Shown here piece by piece: positions 58,835 through 64,000 of a stretch of DNA of 64,000 bases. The notes beneath the pieces are model-generated. The model did not search any database. It was not told where the DNA came from and was given only the letters and a program-made list of their open reading frames with translations. The position numbers were made by a program, and so were the translations under genes. The DNA is from Macrostomum lignano (Eukaryota): the NCBI GenBank assembly GCA_002269645.1, contig NIVC01001096.1, forward strand, positions 186,001-250,000, in the 5' to 3' direction. Each line of letters opens with the position of its first letter. Within the stretch, counting starts at the first letter, position 1.

Positions 58835-59530
58835 GTGACAGACAGATTAGAGAGAAAGACAGATTCGAGTGACAGACAGGTTAGAGTGACATACAGAATA
58901 GAGTGACAGATAGACAGACAGATCGGAGTGAGAGACAGATAAATTGGTGCGACGACAGATTAGAGTGACAGCCACAGATTGGAGTGACAGCCAGACTGAT
59001 TAGAGTGACAGACAGACAAATTAGAGTGACAGATAAATTGGTGCGACGACAGATTAGAGTGACAGCCACAGATTGGAGTGACAGCCAGACTGATTAGAGT
59101 GACAGACAGACTGATTAGAGTGACAGACAGACAAATTAGAGTGACAGACAGTTTTGAGTGACAGACAGGTTAGAGTGACAGACAGATTAGAGTGACAGAC
59201 AGATTAGAGTGACAGACAGATTGGAGTGACATACAGATTGGAGTGACAGACAGATTGGAGTGACAGACAGATTAGAGTGACAGACAGATTAGAGTGACAG
59301 ACAAATTGGAGTGACAGACAGATTAGAATGACAGACAGATTAGAGTGACAGACAGATTAGAATGACAGTCAGATTAGAGTGACAGATTAGAGTGACAGAC
59401 AGACAAATTGGAGTGACAGTCAGATTAGAATGACAGACAGATTAGAATGACAGACAGATTAGAGTGACAGACAGATTAGAATGACAGACAGATTAGAATG
59501 ACAGACAGATTAGAGTGACAGACAGACAGT
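58835..59530. repeat. Degenerate 17-bp minisatellite (GAGTGACAGACAGATTA)
   Basis: Direct periodicity. Confidence 0.85.
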
Positions 59531-60093
59531 TCAGAGAAATAGGCGCACACAAATGGAAGTGAGTGACAGACACACAAGCAGCAGTCTTTAAAGCAGTTCC
59601 TAACTAAATCATTGTGAACTCAAATTCAAAAAGAAATAAATTCAAAAGAAGAAACTGCTCATCTGAAAGAGACTCGCAGAAACAAAAAGAAAAAAATAGA
59701 GATCAGTTTTCTTTGATCAAAAATTTTTGCTCCCTAAAAAGGTAGGAAGGGTCTGGGGGCGCCACGGGCCGCATGGGAGTCATCACTGAGCTGACTGTCT
59801 TGCCACATTTCCAAGAATAATCTATGAGAGCTCTTTTCATGGCTTCATTATTCCCCGAGTTCTGCGGCGTCTCCCCAGCTGCTGGATTAGGGCTGGGGCA
59901 GGAAGGCCTCTGAACGAGACCGCACTTCCTTTTTTGGGGACGGAGGGGGCCGTGAGAGACGCGAGTGAGTGAGGCCCGCTCAAAAGGGCGAAAATGTCAA
60001 GGGGAGAGGGAGAAAAGTGAGGAGATTCAAATGAGCACGATGCATTAGCAATGGGGAATTGAAGCTGCATGGGCTGGCCGGGCTTCTTGGGTG

Positions 60094-60925
<832 letters not shown>

Positions 60926-61132
60926 CTCAGCGCCCTGCTGGCTGTGGAATTAGGCTAATCTTCATCCCAAAGGCAGTTCCGCACGAGTTACTCTGTCAGT
61001 TCCGTCAGCAAGGTTAGGGGGGAGAGGCTGAGAGAGACAAGCCGTTTTATCGACCAGCTTCAGGACGCGAACTGCTCGAGGCCTTGGCAATATTTGAGCG
61101 AAGCGGAGAGGCCGTCGGGGGGAGGGTAGAAG

Positions 61133-62164
61133 CAAGGACTTCTAGACTAACAGGACGTAAAACTCAAAGATCGTGCAATTTTTTGGAGGCCACGATTTCC
61201 TGGAAAAAATACACTGCGAAGACAGGAAAAAATCAGTTTTTCGTCACAAAATCTGTGATTGTATTTGATCTGGGGCAGTGAAGACTACCATTCTTTTAAT
61301 TTACCATGCACAACATGTTACTCTATTATATTTTCATATAGCTATGTAATGAAGTTTTAATTTTCATATTGTTTTCACTTTATTTCATAAGCCCAAAGTT
61401 GCAAACTCACAAGTGGCATTAGGCCTAGCCAAATATCAAATTCAAGAAAAGAAAAGCTATTTAAATTTGTAATATAATAATATTTTTAGCCTTTAAAATA
61501 AAAATTATAAAAGGACTAATCAATGTTTTTTTCTTATAGATACCTAGTAAAAATGGTTAGGGCCTATTTTTGTGATTAAGTCTATTCTTCTTAAATCTTA
61601 GTCTTAAATATAGGCTTGGCTTAAAAACTGATAATACAGCTTTCTCAAGCCTAGGTAACCAACCATATGAAACTATGTATTGGTGATCTATAATAAAAAA
61701 ATCATTGTCTAAATTTAATTACTTATTAGGCTAGATAGTGTAGTGATAGGTCTAGTTCTAGTAGGCCTAGGAATTAGTATAGTTACTAAACCTACAATAA
61801 TATCTTAAGACTAAGAGTACCTACTTGCAATGTTTTTATACTTTATTTTAAAAAGAACAACACAAAAAGTTTGGCTAATGCCACTTGTGAGTTTGCAACT
61901 TTGGGCTTATGAAATAAAGTGAAAACAATATGAAAATGAAAACTTCACTACACAGCTATATGAAAATATAATAGAGTAACATGTTGTGCATGTTAAATTA
62001 AAAGAATGGTAGTCTTCACTGCCCCAGATCAAATACAATCACAGATTTTGTGACGAAAAACAGATTTTTTCCTATCTTCGCAGTGTATTTTTTCCAGGAA
62101 ATCGTGGCCTCCAAAAAATTGCACGATCTTTGAGTTTTACGTCCTGTTAGTCTAGAAGTCCTTG
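61133..62164. mobile_element. Non-autonomous foldback DNA transposon, 1032 bp, 290-bp TIRs, 8-bp TSD (hAT or P superfamily)
   Basis: TSD GGTAGAAG at 61125-61132 and 62165-62172; termini CAAGGACTTC...GAAGTCCTTG; arms 61133-61422 and 61875-62164 are near-perfect reverse complements. Confidence 0.9.
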
Positions 62165-62384
62165 GGTAGAAGCCAAGCTTTAAGCCCCAACAGCTGGGAA
62201 AACTGCAGGGTCCTGTGGAATTATTTTCATTTTCAACTGTTTAGAGATTCATATTTAAACACGCCGCAACCCCCACCTTTCCTGGTGCGGCTTGACTATT
62301 AACATGCATTTTTGATGACGAAATTGCGGGAGTCTGACAGGAAAAGGAGAGGGGCGCAGAGAGTGGGGAATCAGGCAATCAAGT

Positions 62385-63055
62385 ACGGCTCGTAGGCAGG
62401 GACCTCTGCGCTTACCTGGACTGGAATCGGGCATCGCCATGGGGCAGGGTCCTCTGCGCTTAGCTGGACTGGAATCGGGCATCGCCATGAGTTCAGGGAC
62501 CTCTGCGCTTAGCTGCACTGGAATCGGGCATCACCATGAGGTCAGGAACCTCTGCGCTTACCTGGACTGGAATCGGGCATCGCCATGAGTTCAGGGACCT
62601 CTGCGCTTAGCTGCACTGGAATCGGGCATCACCATGAGGTCAGGAACCTCTGCGCTTACCTGGACTGGAATCGGGCATCGCCATGGGGCAGGGTCCTCTG
62701 CGCTTAGCTGGACTGGAATCGGGCATCGCCATGAGTTCAGGGACCTCTGCGCTTAGCTGGACTGGAATCGGGCATCGCCATGAGTTCAGGGACCTCTGCG
62801 CTTAGCTGCACTGGAATCGGGCATCGCCATGAAGTCAGGGACCTCTGCGCTTAGCTGGACTGGAATCGGGCATCACCATGAGGTCAGGGACCTCTGCGCT
62901 TAGCTGGACTGGAATCGGGCATCGCCATGGGGCAGGGACCTCTGCGCTTACCTGGACTGGAATCGGGCATCGCCATGGGGCAGGGACCTCTGCGCTTACC
63001 TGGACTGGAATCGGGCATCGCCATGGGGCAGGGACCTCTGCGCTTACCTGGATTG
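62385..63055. repeat. 48-49-bp minisatellite, about 14 copies
   Basis: Unit CTCTGCGCTTAGCTGGACTGGAATCGGGCATCGCCATGAGTTCAGGGAC and variants. Confidence 0.9.
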
Positions 63056-63719
63056 GAATGGAGACAGGGAGCTACACATGGACAGCTGAAATTGAAGTAA
63101 GCTACACTCGGTTTTCTTAGAAATGAGCTGCATGGATGCCGGTAAAGAACATAGATTTGCTGGATTGGCCATAGACAAATTCGGTCGATTCTCGAGCAAT
63201 CCAGTACATTTCTTAGAAAATCGAGTGTAGCGACCTACTGTATCTTCAGTCTCAGTTGCAAGCTCTCAGTATTTTCTAGGATTTATAGGAAAATTATATA
63301 AAAGATATTCGGCTATACATAAATAGATCACGACGTGACATTTCGAGCTGGATTAGCGGCTAAAATCGATGCTGCATGCCACAGAGCCAATGTTCTTCAC
63401 TTCTCAGAACATGTGGGGCACCAAAGGACTGCATGAGAAGAAAAACATTGGCAAGAAAGCCAAGACTTCTGTTTATAGGTCTCAGCTGCTCCGCCTAGCT
63501 GGTCACGATACTATTTATGTTTTCATAAATCTTGAAAATCTTCATAAATCTTGAAAATCTTCATAAATCTTGAAAATCTTCATAAATCTTGCAAATCTTC
63601 AAGGGAAATAAATCGATAGATTGACTGTTTGAACTTGTCAGGAAGGCGGGGGGGGGTAGTAGTGTAGGCTTTAGTGTCTGACATCCTGCCTGACTCCACC
63701 CTAAACCTCAGTTCGACTG

Positions 63720-64000
63720 CTGACACTCAGTCTGACTCCTCCTGACATCCAGTCTGACTCCTCCTGACATCCAGTCTGACACCCCTGACACCCAGTCTGA
63801 CACCCCTGCTGACACCCAGTCTGACACCCCTGCTGACACTTAGTCTGACACCCCTGCTGACACTTAGTCTGACACCCCTGCTGACACCCAGACCCAGTCT
63901 GACACCCCTTCTGACACCCAGTCTGACACCCCTGACACCCAGTCTGACACCCCTGCTGACAGCCAGTCTGACACCCCTGACACCCAGTCTGACACCCCTG
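63720..64000. repeat. CTGACACCC-based minisatellite running off the window end
   Basis: Direct periodicity. Confidence 0.85.

Overview
Repeat-rich eukaryotic (animal) genomic DNA with spliceosomal introns. The minisatellite-filled introns, (CTGT)n/(GATA)n arrays and ankyrin-rich genes suggest a free-living flatworm such as Macrostomum, but that is inference. The 6-50 kb region looks like an innate-immunity-type gene cluster with four parts: (i) three intronless paralogs plus one 3' fragment of an unassigned family, possibly a degenerate triphosphate-tunnel/Cet1-like barrel; two copies share an ISRE-like upstream motif and one has an RGG-repeat N-terminus; (ii) three intronless single-CRD TNF-receptor-like genes; (iii) a 5-exon gene on the minus strand fusing roughly 15 ankyrin repeats to a Mab21/cGAS-like (cGLR) nucleotidyltransferase; (iv) a 4-exon RING-B-box-coiled-coil-NHL (TRIM-NHL) gene head-to-head with it. 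An RGS-domain gene starts near 54.6 kb and runs off the window. Mobile DNA includes an intron-containing Ginger1 transposon with CCGG target duplications, a piggyBac, a non-autonomous Helitron, two long foldback elements, a MITE, two tRNA-derived SINE families and retroelement debris. Several long ORFs are broken by single-base deletions, mostly in homopolymer runs; these may be assembly errors. All exon structures and translations were done by hand.
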